DNA of 64,000 bases from Myxococcota bacterium (lineage in GTDB: Bacteria > Myxococcota_A > UBA9160 > SZUA-336): positions 2,432,001 to 2,496,000 of the forward strand of contig CBDFGR010000003.1 in the NCBI GenBank assembly GCA_965247115.1, read 5' to 3'. Below are positions 1 to 8,857 of the stretch, in pieces. The notes under the pieces are model-generated. The model was not told where the DNA came from. It made no database searches and saw nothing but the letters and a program-made list of their open reading frames with translations. Position numbers and translations under genes: made by a program. The stretch's first letter is position 1. Each line of letters opens with the position of its first letter.

Positions 1-2
1 GC

Positions 3-395
3 ACGTTCAACATCGATCAGCTCCAGAAATCGGACGACGCTGGTCCCGTCACCATGCTCAACCTGGTGAAGTACCGCGATCGCTCGCTCGACGGCGACGG
101 CAGCGGTCGTGAGGCCTACCAGCGCTACACGCAGCGAGCGCAGGACTTCGTGGAGTCACGAGGCGGACGCGTCCTATGGGCGGGGGTGGTCGCGGAGGCG
201 GCCCTTCAAGACGGGCTGACGGGCGACGAGGTCGACTGGGACTGGGCACTCTTGGTCTATTACCCGGACCGCGCGGCCTTCATCGACATGGTCACGAGCC
301 CCGAGTACCTGGCCGCGAACGAGCATCGCTCGAACGGCATCGCCAAGCATGCCATCCTCGCCTCCAGGACTCTGCTTCTGGAGTCCAGGAAGTAG
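3..395 (+). CDS. DUF1330 family protein (5'-partial; frame open from the window start)
   Basis: GPVTMLNLVKYR...GREAYQRY...GGRVLWAG...WDWALLVYYPDRAAFIDMVTSPEY pattern typical of DUF1330. Confidence 0.75.
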   Translation, partial: TFNIDQLQKSDDAGPVTMLNLVKYRDRSLDGDGSGREAYQRYTQRAQDFVESRGGRVLWAGVVAEAALQDGLTGDEVDWDWALLVYYPDRAAFIDMVTSPEYLAANEHRSNGIAKHAILASRTLLLESRK

Positions 396-399
396 GCGG

Positions 400-804
400 C
401 TAGTCGAGCTTCTCGCTCTTGAGGCTCTTCACCTTCCACTCGTCGCCGGCCTTCTCGATGACGGCGCGCTGGCGCGCCTTGGACACCTTCGGTCGTCCCG
501 CCGGATTCCCGAACGAGTCCCTGTACAGGCGCGTCACGTACTGGATCGCGACGATGCGGGTTCGCCCAGCCTCGTCCTGCTGGGACTCGAGCTCGTACTC
601 GATGCTCTGGATGTCCGGGGCGTTGCCGGCTGCGCCGAAGTTCGCGAGCGCTGCCCTGCTGGCCATGGTGGCGCCCGTGATCCGAGCGGTGGCGTGGTTC
701 TGGTACGCCAGGTACGCGCCTCCCGGGGCCCCGAGCTGCTGGTGGATGACGAAACCACCGTAGCCCAGACCCGCAAGAACCATCAGAAGGAATAGCGTCT
801 TCAC
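400..804 (-). CDS. Hypothetical exported/membrane-anchored protein
   Basis: GTG at 804 gives MKTLFLLMVLAGLGYGGF (signal/anchor); host-like codon usage. Confidence 0.6.
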   Translation of the reverse strand: MKTLFLLMVLAGLGYGGFVIHQQLGAPGGAYLAYQNHATARITGATMASRAALANFGAAGNAPDIQSIEYELESQQDEAGRTRIVAIQYVTRLYRDSFGNPAGRPKVSKARQRAVIEKAGDEWKVKSLKSEKLD

Positions 805-949
805 GTCTCTGCCCCCGTCTGTCAGGTTCTTCGGTACATTCACGTCGCGCCCCAAGGGACTCTGAGGTTCGCCTGCTAGACTCGGCCGCTGCGGTCCACG
901 CCGAACTGGCAATGGCTCGCTCGAGCCGCGGATCGAGGAAGGCTGAGTT

Positions 950-1639
950 ACGCCCCGCCTGTTCCGTCGCCGCCAGGTCTCGCTGCCCACGCTCTGGGGC
1001 ATGCTGACGTTCGCCGTGCCCAGCCTGCTTGTGCTCGTTCTCGTGTTCTGGCGGCTGCACGTGTTCCTGTCCCCGAGCGCACCGCTGGGCAGCGGGCTCC
1101 TCGTGGTCGAAGGGTGGGTGGGGAAGAGCGAGCTGCGCTCCGCGATCGAGGTATTTCGCGAGGGAGACTACGAGCTTCTCGTGACCAGCGGCGGGCCCAT
1201 GTTCGACTGGACCGAGCACTACTCGACCTACGCCGAGCGGGCCGGCGATTACCTTCGGCAGCGTGGCTTCCCCGACGAGAAGCTGGCTGTCGTTGCCGCG
1301 CCCGCCTCCGCCCAGGACCGCACCTACCTGAGTGCCGTCGTGGTGCGTGACTGGCTCGTGGAGTCCGGTCGCGACGTGGACTCTCTGGACCTCGTGTCCA
1401 GCGGACCGCATACCCGCCGCAGCTGGCAGCTCTATCGACTTGCGTTCGGGAATGGCGTGCGCATCGGCGCGATCGCAGCCGCATCGGCAGAGTACGACGC
1501 GTCCGCCTGGTGGAAGACCAGCATCGGCGCTCGCACCTTGGTCTCCGAGGCGGTGGCCTGGTTGTGGACGACCTGCTGCTTCTGGCCAGGCCCGCGCGGC
1601 TCGCATCAGGAGAAGTGGGGCCTTCCGGCACCCGGCTGA
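950..1639 (+). CDS. YdcF/ElyC/SanA (DUF218) family protein
   Basis: LVVEGW, LVTSGG, DRTYLSA, VSSGPHTRRS and WWKT motifs; ATG at 1001, but the conserved-looking N-terminus extends in frame to ACG at 950. Confidence 0.75.
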   Translation, partial: TPRLFRRRQVSLPTLWGMLTFAVPSLLVLVLVFWRLHVFLSPSAPLGSGLLVVEGWVGKSELRSAIEVFREGDYELLVTSGGPMFDWTEHYSTYAERAGDYLRQRGFPDEKLAVVAAPASAQDRTYLSAVVVRDWLVESGRDVDSLDLVSSGPHTRRSWQLYRLAFGNGVRIGAIAAASAEYDASAWWKTSIGARTLVSEAVAWLWTTCCFWPGPRGSHQEKWGLPAPG

Positions 1640-1703
1640 CGGTCCCCCTTGCGTGCCCCTGGTGGGCACTCCATCTTCCCACGCTCGCCGAGCTGGAGCG
1701 GAC

Positions 1704-3002
1704 ATGCGACGAGCGGTTGGCGTCGACTTCGGGACCACGAACAGCGCGCTCGCACTCGCGGTCGGTATGGAAGAGGCGCCGCGGCTGGCACACTTCGCGC
1801 GGGCGGGTGCGCCGCCAACCCCCACCTTCCGCTCGCTGCTCTACCTGGAGCGCGATCCCGATCTCGACGACCGGATCATCGAGCGGGCCGGCCCGCGCGC
1901 CATCGAGGCGTATCTCAACGCGGACGAGCCCGGCCGCTTGATCCAGTCGCTGAAGTCGTTCCTGGCGAACCGAGACTTCTCCTCGACCGGCGTGCTGGGC
2001 CGGAGCTACCGGCTCGAGGCGCTGATCTCGATCATGCTGCGCGAGGTGCGAGAGTCCGCAGAGGCCGAGTTCGGAGAGCTGCCCCGGCGCATCGTGGCGG
2101 GTCGTCCCGTGCGCTTCGCGGCCGCCAAGGACGAGAGCGATACAGAGCTGGCGCTGTCGCGGCTCGAAGCGTCCTTCCACAACGCGGGCTTCGAGGAGGT
2201 TGTCTTCGAGTTCGAGCCCGTCGCCGCGGCCTACCATTACGAGCGCGACCTGGACCACGACGAGCTGATCCTGATCGGCGACTTCGGCGGCGGCACGAGC
2301 GATTTCTCGTTGCTCCGCGTCGGTCCCTCGCTGCGCGGAACCACTGGGCGCGAGGAAGGAATCCTCGGGAACGCGGGCGTGCCGGTGGCGGGTGACGCCT
2401 TCGACGGCGCGATCGTGCGCTGGACGGTGGCTCCCCTGCTCGGGAAGGGCACGGACTACAAGACGATGTTCGGCCAGGTGCTGCGTGTCCCGGCGTGGAT
2501 CTACCGCCACCTGGAGCGCTGGCACCACCTCTCGTTCCTGAAGTCGCCCCAGACGCTGCACATCCTCCACGACCTGTGTCGCGACGGCCTGAAGCCCGAG
2601 CGCTTCGAAGCCCTCCTGCACCTGGTCCAGCACGAGCTCGGCTTCCAGCTCTACCGTGCCGTCGAGGGCGCCAAGGTCGAGCTCTCGAGCGCGCGGGAGA
2701 CCACCCTCCGCTTCACGCACCCCCCCGCCCTGATCGACGAGCAGCTCTACCGCGGCGACTTCGCAAGCTGGATCGCAGAAGACGTGGACTCGATCGCCAC
2801 CTGCGTCGACGACCTCCTCGCGTCAAGCTCCGTCACGCCAGATCAGGTAGACCGCGTATTCCTCACGGGCGGCAGCTCCCTCGTCCCCGAGATCCGCGGC
2901 GTCTTCGCCCAACGCTTCGGCCAAGACAAGCTCCGCACCGGCGAAGAGCTCACCAGCGTAGCCAGCGGCCTAGCCCTCCGCGCCCTCGAGCTCGAGACAT
3001 AA
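1704..3002 (+). CDS. Hsp70 family protein (YegD-like)
   Basis: GVDFGTTNS, EPVAAA, GDFGGGTSDFS and FLTGGSS Hsp70 ATPase motifs. Confidence 0.9.
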   Translation: MRRAVGVDFGTTNSALALAVGMEEAPRLAHFARAGAPPTPTFRSLLYLERDPDLDDRIIERAGPRAIEAYLNADEPGRLIQSLKSFLANRDFSSTGVLGRSYRLEALISIMLREVRESAEAEFGELPRRIVAGRPVRFAAAKDESDTELALSRLEASFHNAGFEEVVFEFEPVAAAYHYERDLDHDELILIGDFGGGTSDFSLLRVGPSLRGTTGREEGILGNAGVPVAGDAFDGAIVRWTVAPLLGKGTDYKTMFGQVLRVPAWIYRHLERWHHLSFLKSPQTLHILHDLCRDGLKPERFEALLHLVQHELGFQLYRAVEGAKVELSSARETTLRFTHPPALIDEQLYRGDFASWIAEDVDSIATCVDDLLASSSVTPDQVDRVFLTGGSSLVPEIRGVFAQRFGQDKLRTGEELTSVASGLALRALELET

Positions 3003-3102
3003 CTTAGGGACGGTCCTTAATCATAACTTTTCTGACTACCTGCGCGGTACGCGGTCACCGATCGAGAGAAGTTATGATTAAGGACCGTCCCTAAGTTATG
3101 TC
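2996..3102. repeat. Inverted-repeat element copy 1 (REPIN/MITE-like)
   Basis: Perfect 34-bp arms 2996-3029 / 3069-3102, core ATAACTTAGGGACGGTCCTTAATCATAACTT, 39-bp spacer. Confidence 0.95.
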
Positions 3103-3165
3103 CGTCAGGTTTTGGCCCTCGTATCTGGTATATGCTGCGGAGCGCATCAGGACAGGGAGAGGTCG

Positions 3166-4914
3166 ATGATCGGACGGGTCGCGGTTGTGGTGGCGCTTGT
3201 ACTCGGGGTTTCGGGGACTGTTTCGGGGCAGGAGCAGCAGCTCAGCGTCGAGATCGAGCTGCCGCCTCTACCGACGCACTGGCCGGCGAGCGAGCCGGTC
3301 GGGGAGGGTGCGGGACCGGTGAGCGATCGCATGCTGCGCGAGGCGCCGGGTCCGAGTCGCTGGCTGCTTTACGGTGGGAACTACCGGAACTACAGGCACT
3401 CGCCGCTCCAGAGCCTGAACCCGGAGAGCGTGAGGGATCTGCGCGTCGCCTGGGCGCTGCCGACCGGAACCAACGGACAGTTCGAGGTCTCTCCCGTCAT
3501 CTACGACGGCGTCATGTACGTGAGCACGTCCTACAACCGGCTGTTCGCCCTCGATGCGAAGACGGGCGAGCTCCTGTGGCGTTACGACCACCAGCAGCCC
3601 CCACGGCTGCGAATGTGCTGCGGCCCCGTGAACCGCGGGGTGGCCATTGCGGGCGACCTCGTGCTGATGGCAACGCTCGACGCGAAGCTGATCGCCTTCC
3701 ACCGAAGAACGGGCGAGATCGTCTGGTCCATCGAGATCGCGAATTTCGAGGATGGCTTCAGCGCTACGTCCGTTCCGCTCGTCGTGGGAGATCTCGCGGT
3801 GATCGGGATTGCCGGAGGGGAATACGGCGTGCGCGGCTTCTTCGACGCGTACGAGGTGTCCAGCGGACGGCGGGTCTGGCGCCACTACACCGTGCCCGGC
3901 GAGGGCGAGCCCGGCGCCGAGTCGTGGGCCGGCGACTCCTATAAGAATGGCGGCGCGCCCGCGTGGACGAGCGGCGCCTATGATGCCGACACCGACACGC
4001 TGTACTGGACTACCGGCAATCCCGCGCCGGACTGGAACGGCGACCTGCGCGCGGGGGACAACCTCTTCTCCAACTCGCTGCTCGCCGTCGAGATGAAGAG
4101 CGGCAAGCGCAAGTGGCACTTTCAGTACACGCCTCACGACGTCTGGGACTACGACGGGAACACGCAGATCTTCCTGGTGGACGTAGAGCGCAACGGGACG
4201 ATCGTAAAGGCCGTCGCTCAGGCAAACCGCAATGGCTACTTCTACCTGATCGACCGGGAGAACGGCGAGTTCTTGCTGGCGGAGCCCTACGTCGAGCAGG
4301 TCAACTGGGCCACCATCGACGACGCGGGCCGCCCCGTTGTGAACCCTGCCGCGCTCCCGAAGCTCGAGCCGACGGAGCGCGTCTGCCCGAGCAACTTCGG
4401 CGGGATGAACGGCGCGTGGACGGGCGCCTACAACCCGGATCTCGGCCTTGCCTACATCCCCTCGGTGGAGGCCTGCCAGCTGTTCGCGAAAGGCATCGTC
4501 ACCTTCATCAAGGGGATTCCCTATCTCGGCGGCCTGCCCGAGGCCGTAGATGCGATCGAGGGCAGGGCATACGGGCACATCTCGGCCATCGACGTCGCCA
4601 CGGGCAAAGTTCGGTGGCGACACCGGGATGCGTATCCCATGATGGGCGGTGTGCTCAGCACCGCGGGCGGTGTGGTGTTCACGGGCAACCTGACGGGCAG
4701 CGCCCTCGCGCTGGACGCGGCCACGGGCGAGCAGCTCTGGAGCTTCAGGATGGGAGGCGGCGTGCGGAGTCAGCCCGTCGCCTACGAGCTCGACGGCCAG
4801 ACCTACGTCGCGATCGGTTCGGGCAGCTTCGCCCCGATTGACGCGTTCGCGGGCGGTCTGGACAGGAACCCGGAGGGTGGGCACCTGTTCGTCTTCGCGC
4901 TCCCCAAGCGGTGA
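3166..4914 (+). CDS. PQQ-dependent alcohol dehydrogenase (methanol/ethanol family), candidate lanthanide-dependent
   Basis: Signal peptide, vicinal CC (MCCGPVNRG), GGEYGVRG, GNPAPDW and HDVWDYDG motifs; W-repeat beta-propeller. Confidence 0.9.
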   Translation: MIGRVAVVVALVLGVSGTVSGQEQQLSVEIELPPLPTHWPASEPVGEGAGPVSDRMLREAPGPSRWLLYGGNYRNYRHSPLQSLNPESVRDLRVAWALPTGTNGQFEVSPVIYDGVMYVSTSYNRLFALDAKTGELLWRYDHQQPPRLRMCCGPVNRGVAIAGDLVLMATLDAKLIAFHRRTGEIVWSIEIANFEDGFSATSVPLVVGDLAVIGIAGGEYGVRGFFDAYEVSSGRRVWRHYTVPGEGEPGAESWAGDSYKNGGAPAWTSGAYDADTDTLYWTTGNPAPDWNGDLRAGDNLFSNSLLAVEMKSGKRKWHFQYTPHDVWDYDGNTQIFLVDVERNGTIVKAVAQANRNGYFYLIDRENGEFLLAEPYVEQVNWATIDDAGRPVVNPAALPKLEPTERVCPSNFGGMNGAWTGAYNPDLGLAYIPSVEACQLFAKGIVTFIKGIPYLGGLPEAVDAIEGRAYGHISAIDVATGKVRWRHRDAYPMMGGVLSTAGGVVFTGNLTGSALALDAATGEQLWSFRMGGGVRSQPVAYELDGQTYVAIGSGSFAPIDAFAGGLDRNPEGGHLFVFALPKR

Positions 4915-5726
4915 CGCTCGGGCGGGCCGCGCTGCTCCTGGTTCTGGCGCTCGGCTGGCCGTCACACGTGCACGGCGCCGGGACGCTGAGGGTCTGCCTG
5001 CACGAAGACGACCCGCCCCGCTCGGAGCGGGCCGGAGACCGTGGCTTCGACGTCGCTGTGATGAGCCAGCTTGCCGGTCGGATCGAGCGGAGCTTCGAGC
5101 CTGTCTGGATCCAGACCCCACCCACGATGACAGAGGTCGAGGAGTCTGACCTGCCGCTCGCCGACCTGGTGCGGGGTCGCTGCGACGCGCTCGCCTCCGT
5201 TCCCGGCGAGCTGGCGCTCGGCTCCCACGCCAGGCGAATCGCGCTCTCGCGCCCGTACTACGGAGCCGGGTTCGAGCTCGTCGGCCCCGACAGCCTCCCG
5301 AACGACCTGCGTCAGCTCCAAAGCACGCGCATCGGCGTGCGCAGCGTGAGCGTTGCGCACTTGGTGCTCGTGTCCCTCGGCGTGGAGTGGTCGGGGCGCA
5401 AGACAGCCGCGGAGCTACTGGCTGCGCTCAAGGCAGGTGAGGTGGACGGTGCGCTGGTCTGGGGCCCCTCGCTGGCGACGCTTGGTGGACGCCCGAAGGA
5501 GGACTGGGTGCCTCCCGCCGCACTGCGCTGGAACCTGCACCTCGCCACTCGCAAGATGGACCCACTGACGGCCGAGCTCGACAACGTGCTCGGCCGGCTG
5601 ATCCGATCGGGTGAGGTCACGCGCTTGCTCGAGTCGCACGGCATCCCGCTGCACGCTCCCTTCACCACGGACTTCTCGCACGCCGAGCTCGAACTCTTCA
5701 TGAATCGGGAGGCCGACCTGCGGTGA
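4911..5726 (+). CDS. MxaJ/XoxJ-like periplasmic substrate-binding protein (SBP family 3)
   Basis: LRVCLHEDDPPRS...GFDVAV, LSRPYY and GEVDGALVWGP motifs; overlaps the dehydrogenase stop. Confidence 0.8.
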   Translation: MTLGRAALLLVLALGWPSHVHGAGTLRVCLHEDDPPRSERAGDRGFDVAVMSQLAGRIERSFEPVWIQTPPTMTEVEESDLPLADLVRGRCDALASVPGELALGSHARRIALSRPYYGAGFELVGPDSLPNDLRQLQSTRIGVRSVSVAHLVLVSLGVEWSGRKTAAELLAALKAGEVDGALVWGPSLATLGGRPKEDWVPPAALRWNLHLATRKMDPLTAELDNVLGRLIRSGEVTRLLESHGIPLHAPFTTDFSHAELELFMNREADLR

Positions 5727-6100
5727 GCCGACTCCCGCTCGCAGCCCTTGCACTCTGCCTGCTGGGCCTGGCTTGCGGGACGACTCCCGACGCGGAACCC
5801 ACTCCCCTCGATACCTTCACTGCCGACCCGGAGGCCCTCCTGCGCGGCAAGGGCCTCTTCATCGGGATGTGCGGCGGCTACTGTCACGCTCGCAAGCCCG
5901 GCACCCGCCCCGCCCCGGACCTTTTCGACTGCATCTGGAAGCACGGCGGCAGCCCCGACGAGATCTACACGACCATCTCGAACGGCGTCCCAAACACCCA
6001 GATGATGAGCTACGGCGGCCTGCTCCCCGAAGGCGACGACGACATCTGGAAGATCATCGCCTTCCTAAAAACCGACTCCCGCTGCGAAACCGGAACCTAG
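5723..6100 (+). CDS. c-type cytochrome lipoprotein (XoxG/cytochrome cL-like) with CX3CH motif
   Basis: Lipobox LGLAC; CGGYCH; APDLFDCIWKHGGS..IYTTISNGVPNTQM (distal Met). Confidence 0.8.
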   Translation: MSRLPLAALALCLLGLACGTTPDAEPTPLDTFTADPEALLRGKGLFIGMCGGYCHARKPGTRPAPDLFDCIWKHGGSPDEIYTTISNGVPNTQMMSYGGLLPEGDDDIWKIIAFLKTDSRCETGT

Positions 6101-6102
6101 GG

Positions 6103-6209
6103 GGGATAACTTGGGGACGGTCCTTAATCATAACTTGTCGCGACCAGTAGCTGCGAACCGCATACGCGAGCTGACAAGTTATGATTAAGGACCGTCCCCA
6201 AGTTATCCC
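6103..6209. repeat. Inverted-repeat element copy 2 (REPIN/MITE-like)
   Basis: Perfect 37-bp arms 6103-6139 / 6173-6209; same 31-bp core as copy 1 with one compensated change. Confidence 0.95.
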
Positions 6210-6255
6210 GTGGTATCACCGAGCGAGCGGCGGGCTTGCTGTGGGAGGAGGCGGC

Positions 6256-6705
6256 ATGGGCATCGAGATCAGCGCGTTGTACGTGCGGCGGAGCAGTCTG
6301 ATCCAGGCGACGCCGGAGCGCGTATGGCAGGAGTTCACGTCGTTCGATCGGCTCGCCGCCTGGTTTGGTCGGGGACATCAGCTCGAGGCTTATGAGCCCG
6401 AGCTGGGGGGGCAGGTCCGGCTCAGCGTGGAGATCGACGGAGCCAAGCGCCCTTTCGGCGGACCGATCCTGAGCTTTGAGCCGGCCCGCGAGCTCACGTT
6501 CTCGAACAACTGGGAAGCGGACGGCTGGCCGGTTCCGACGCTCATCACCCTCCGCCTCACGCCGCTCTACGACGCTTGCCACGGCGAGCTCTTCCACCAC
6601 GGCTTCGAACGCCTCGGCAGCGACGCGGGCGCCGAGCTCCAGGGCTACGAGGCGGGCTGGGACGCCCATCACCTGGAAGCCCTCAAGGCGCTCGTCGAAG
6701 GGTAG
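6256..6705 (+). CDS. SRPBCC/AHSA1 (START-like) domain protein
   Basis: RSSLIQATPERVW, FEPARELTF and GYEAGW motifs; GGAGGAGG RBS before ATG 6256. Confidence 0.85.
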   Translation: MGIEISALYVRRSSLIQATPERVWQEFTSFDRLAAWFGRGHQLEAYEPELGGQVRLSVEIDGAKRPFGGPILSFEPARELTFSNNWEADGWPVPTLITLRLTPLYDACHGELFHHGFERLGSDAGAELQGYEAGWDAHHLEALKALVEG

Positions 6706-6715
6706 ATACGGAACG

Positions 6716-7618
6716 CTAGCTACCGGGGAGCAGCTCACCCAGGTTCAGGTTCCTGTGTCCGCCGAACTTCTCGAGCAACGGGAAGTCGCGCGGGCGAACG
6801 TCGAGCCGGGCCAGGGGTCGCACGGGCTTCGAGCTCTGGAACTCGAGCGAGTTCAGTCCGATCGGGTCCCGCGCCATCCGATCGAACGACTCCGGCCTCA
6901 GCACGTACACCGATCCGTCGATGAAGATCGACGGATCGGCGCTGAGGAAGTCCTGTCCGATCGAGAACTGGTAGAGCCGCACCTCTCCTCTGGTGGAGGG
7001 CAGCGGGATCACCTCGTTGTGGAAGCTCCCCCGATAGCGGGACCGATCCAGGATCGCGAAGGCCATGGCCCACAGACCGTCGGCGCAGGCGGAGACGGCC
7101 GGCCCGCTCTGCTGCTGGGTCGGTCCGAGCGTCTGGCCGCGCGACTCGAACGCCAGGATGTCTCGCTCGTTCGAGCCGTGAAAGAGCAGCCCCTTCTCCT
7201 CGGAGAGATAGGACAGGAACTGGTGACGTGGGTAGGCGAGCCTGTACTCGATCCGTTCCCCGTTGGCGTCGCGCATGTCCTCGTAGAGCGTCTCGAACGC
7301 AAAGTCGCGCGCGGCGTCATGCGCTCGCGCGGGAGCGAGCGTATAGGTGGGCGGATCCGCGTCCGGGTGCGGCGGGAATGCGAGCGCTTCCCCGAGCCGC
7401 AGCCTTGCTACGCGGCCGGCGGAGTCCCGTTCGAAGTGGATCCGCGCGCCGGCCAGCGGTCCGGTCTCGATGCAAAACGCGTCCTCACCGTCGCTGGTGA
7501 GCGTCCCGTCGAGCCACTGCGGTGCGCCAGGGAACCGAAACACGAGCCCGACGTCGCGCTCGTCGATCTGGAGCCCTGGAGCGCCGTACTCCCCGTAGCG
7601 GCCCACGTAGTCAGACAT
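6716..7618 (-). CDS. Hypothetical two-domain protein; C-terminal domain possibly ADP-ribosyltransferase-like
   Basis: N-terminal YVGRY beta module; C-terminal LLFHGSN..I..FE and GSVYVL motifs. Confidence 0.6.
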   Translation of the reverse strand: MSDYVGRYGEYGAPGLQIDERDVGLVFRFPGAPQWLDGTLTSDGEDAFCIETGPLAGARIHFERDSAGRVARLRLGEALAFPPHPDADPPTYTLAPARAHDAARDFAFETLYEDMRDANGERIEYRLAYPRHQFLSYLSEEKGLLFHGSNERDILAFESRGQTLGPTQQQSGPAVSACADGLWAMAFAILDRSRYRGSFHNEVIPLPSTRGEVRLYQFSIGQDFLSADPSIFIDGSVYVLRPESFDRMARDPIGLNSLEFQSSKPVRPLARLDVRPRDFPLLEKFGGHRNLNLGELLPGS

Positions 7619-7657
7619 GCCCCACCCCCCGCGGGCGCGGAGCATAGCACCTCGGCC

Positions 7658-8845
7658 TCAGAGGATCGGCGACTGAGAGTCCAGACCCAGGAGCACGCGC
7701 CCGCCGGCCTCGATCCACTGAGGCGACACCATGAGTTGTTGGGGCACCACCCGCACGTTGCGCATGTAGCGCTCGAGCGGACTGCTCAGGAAGTTTGCGG
7801 ACGCGCCCGCCGCGCTGTGGACCAGGTTGACGGCGCGGATCGAAGCAGCCGCCGCGTTCGAGCACGCGAGCTGCAGCAGCGCCCGCTGCTTCTGGCTCAC
7901 TTGTCCACTCGCCAGCGCGATCTCCCAGATCTCTGCCACGCTCTCGAACACCCAGGCGCGCGCAGAGCGCAGCTGGATCTCCGCCTCTGCGACCGCGAGC
8001 TGAGCGGTGGCGCGTTCCCGCAGCAGGTTCCGAGAGGCACGCGGTGTCTTGGCAGACGCGAGCTCTACGAAGTGGTCGACAGCCGCGCGAGCGATCCCGG
8101 TCGACACCCCGACCTTGTTGTAGGCGAGCCGGCTGAAGACCGGCAAGCGGAAGAGCGGCCCGCTCGCGAGGAGCCCGCGCGAGCCCAGCGCTGTGGTCAT
8201 GCGCTCTGGCACGAACACGTCCTGCACACGCACGTCGTGGCTGCCCGAGCCCCGCAGGCCTGCGACATGCCAGGTATCGAGCACCTCGAAATACCGCGCA
8301 GGGACCAGCACTTCGCGCAGAACTACCTGCCCGTGCTCGTTGCGGGCGTTCTGGTCCCCGTCCTGGATAATGCATGCACCCCAGAAGTACTGGGCGTTCT
8401 GACAGCCGCTGGCAAAGGGCCACTGCCCCGTCACCCGGAAGCCCCCGTCGACCGGGATGGCCTTGCCCAGCGGGTTCAGGGCTGCCGCGATGACCAGCGC
8501 GGGATCCGCAAAGACCTCCTTCGCGACCTCGGTGGACAGAGCCGCGCCGACGAAGCCGACAGCCTCGATGCCGATCATCAGGTTCCAGCCGGTCGCGCCG
8601 TCGGCTTCGGAGACCGCCTCGATCACCCGGATCTGCGTGAACGGATCGGTCTCCAGACCGCCCACCTCGCGTGGCGCCGCGACCCGATACAGCTCGGCAG
8701 CCGTCATGGCGTCGACCACGGGCTTCGGCAGCCTGCGCTCTCGCTCCGCCTGGTCCGCGTGCTCCCGTATCAGAGGCGTCAGGGCCCGCGCCCGGGCCAG
8801 GACATCGTCGGCGGGCGCAAACGGGGATTCGCTTGTGGCAGGCAC
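7658..8845 (-). CDS. Acyl-CoA-dehydrogenase-fold flavin-dependent monooxygenase (HsaA/C2-type)
   Basis: ADQAERERRLP, GQWPFASG, DTWHVAGLRGSGSHD and PLERYMRN motifs. Confidence 0.85.
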   Translation of the reverse strand: MPATSESPFAPADDVLARARALTPLIREHADQAERERRLPKPVVDAMTAAELYRVAAPREVGGLETDPFTQIRVIEAVSEADGATGWNLMIGIEAVGFVGAALSTEVAKEVFADPALVIAAALNPLGKAIPVDGGFRVTGQWPFASGCQNAQYFWGACIIQDGDQNARNEHGQVVLREVLVPARYFEVLDTWHVAGLRGSGSHDVRVQDVFVPERMTTALGSRGLLASGPLFRLPVFSRLAYNKVGVSTGIARAAVDHFVELASAKTPRASRNLLRERATAQLAVAEAEIQLRSARAWVFESVAEIWEIALASGQVSQKQRALLQLACSNAAAASIRAVNLVHSAAGASANFLSSPLERYMRNVRVVPQQLMVSPQWIEAGGRVLLGLDSQSPIL

Positions 8846-8851
8846 CGGGAG

Positions 8852-8857
8852 AGTATA
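8852..8857 (-). promoter_or_regulatory. Putative -10 box (TATACT) 6 nt upstream of GTG 8845
   Basis: Minus strand reads TATACT-ctcccg-GTG with no Shine-Dalgarno. Confidence 0.45.

Noticed and set aside
944..946. Second selenocysteine UGA upstream of the DUF218 gene
   Set aside because: No redox motif context, no convincing hairpin and no upstream start.
3000..3020. Resemblance to the I-CeuI/23S rRNA site (TAACT..ACGGTCCT) or a dif XerD arm
   Set aside because: Only a short partial match with no surrounding rRNA or dif structure.
2996..3102. Integron attC site (TAAC overlapping the hsp70 stop ... GTTA)
   Set aside because: The arms are perfectly paired with no extrahelical bases, the copies are oppositely oriented, and there is no integrase or cassette array.
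2996..6209. CRISPR array (31-bp repeats, 39-bp spacers)
   Set aside because: The repeats are inverted rather than direct, the spacers are homologous to each other, and no cas genes are present.
6714..6736. Partial look-alike of the HNH palindrome (AGCTACCGGGGAGCAGCT)
   Set aside because: Imperfect, and explained by the coding end of the adjacent gene.
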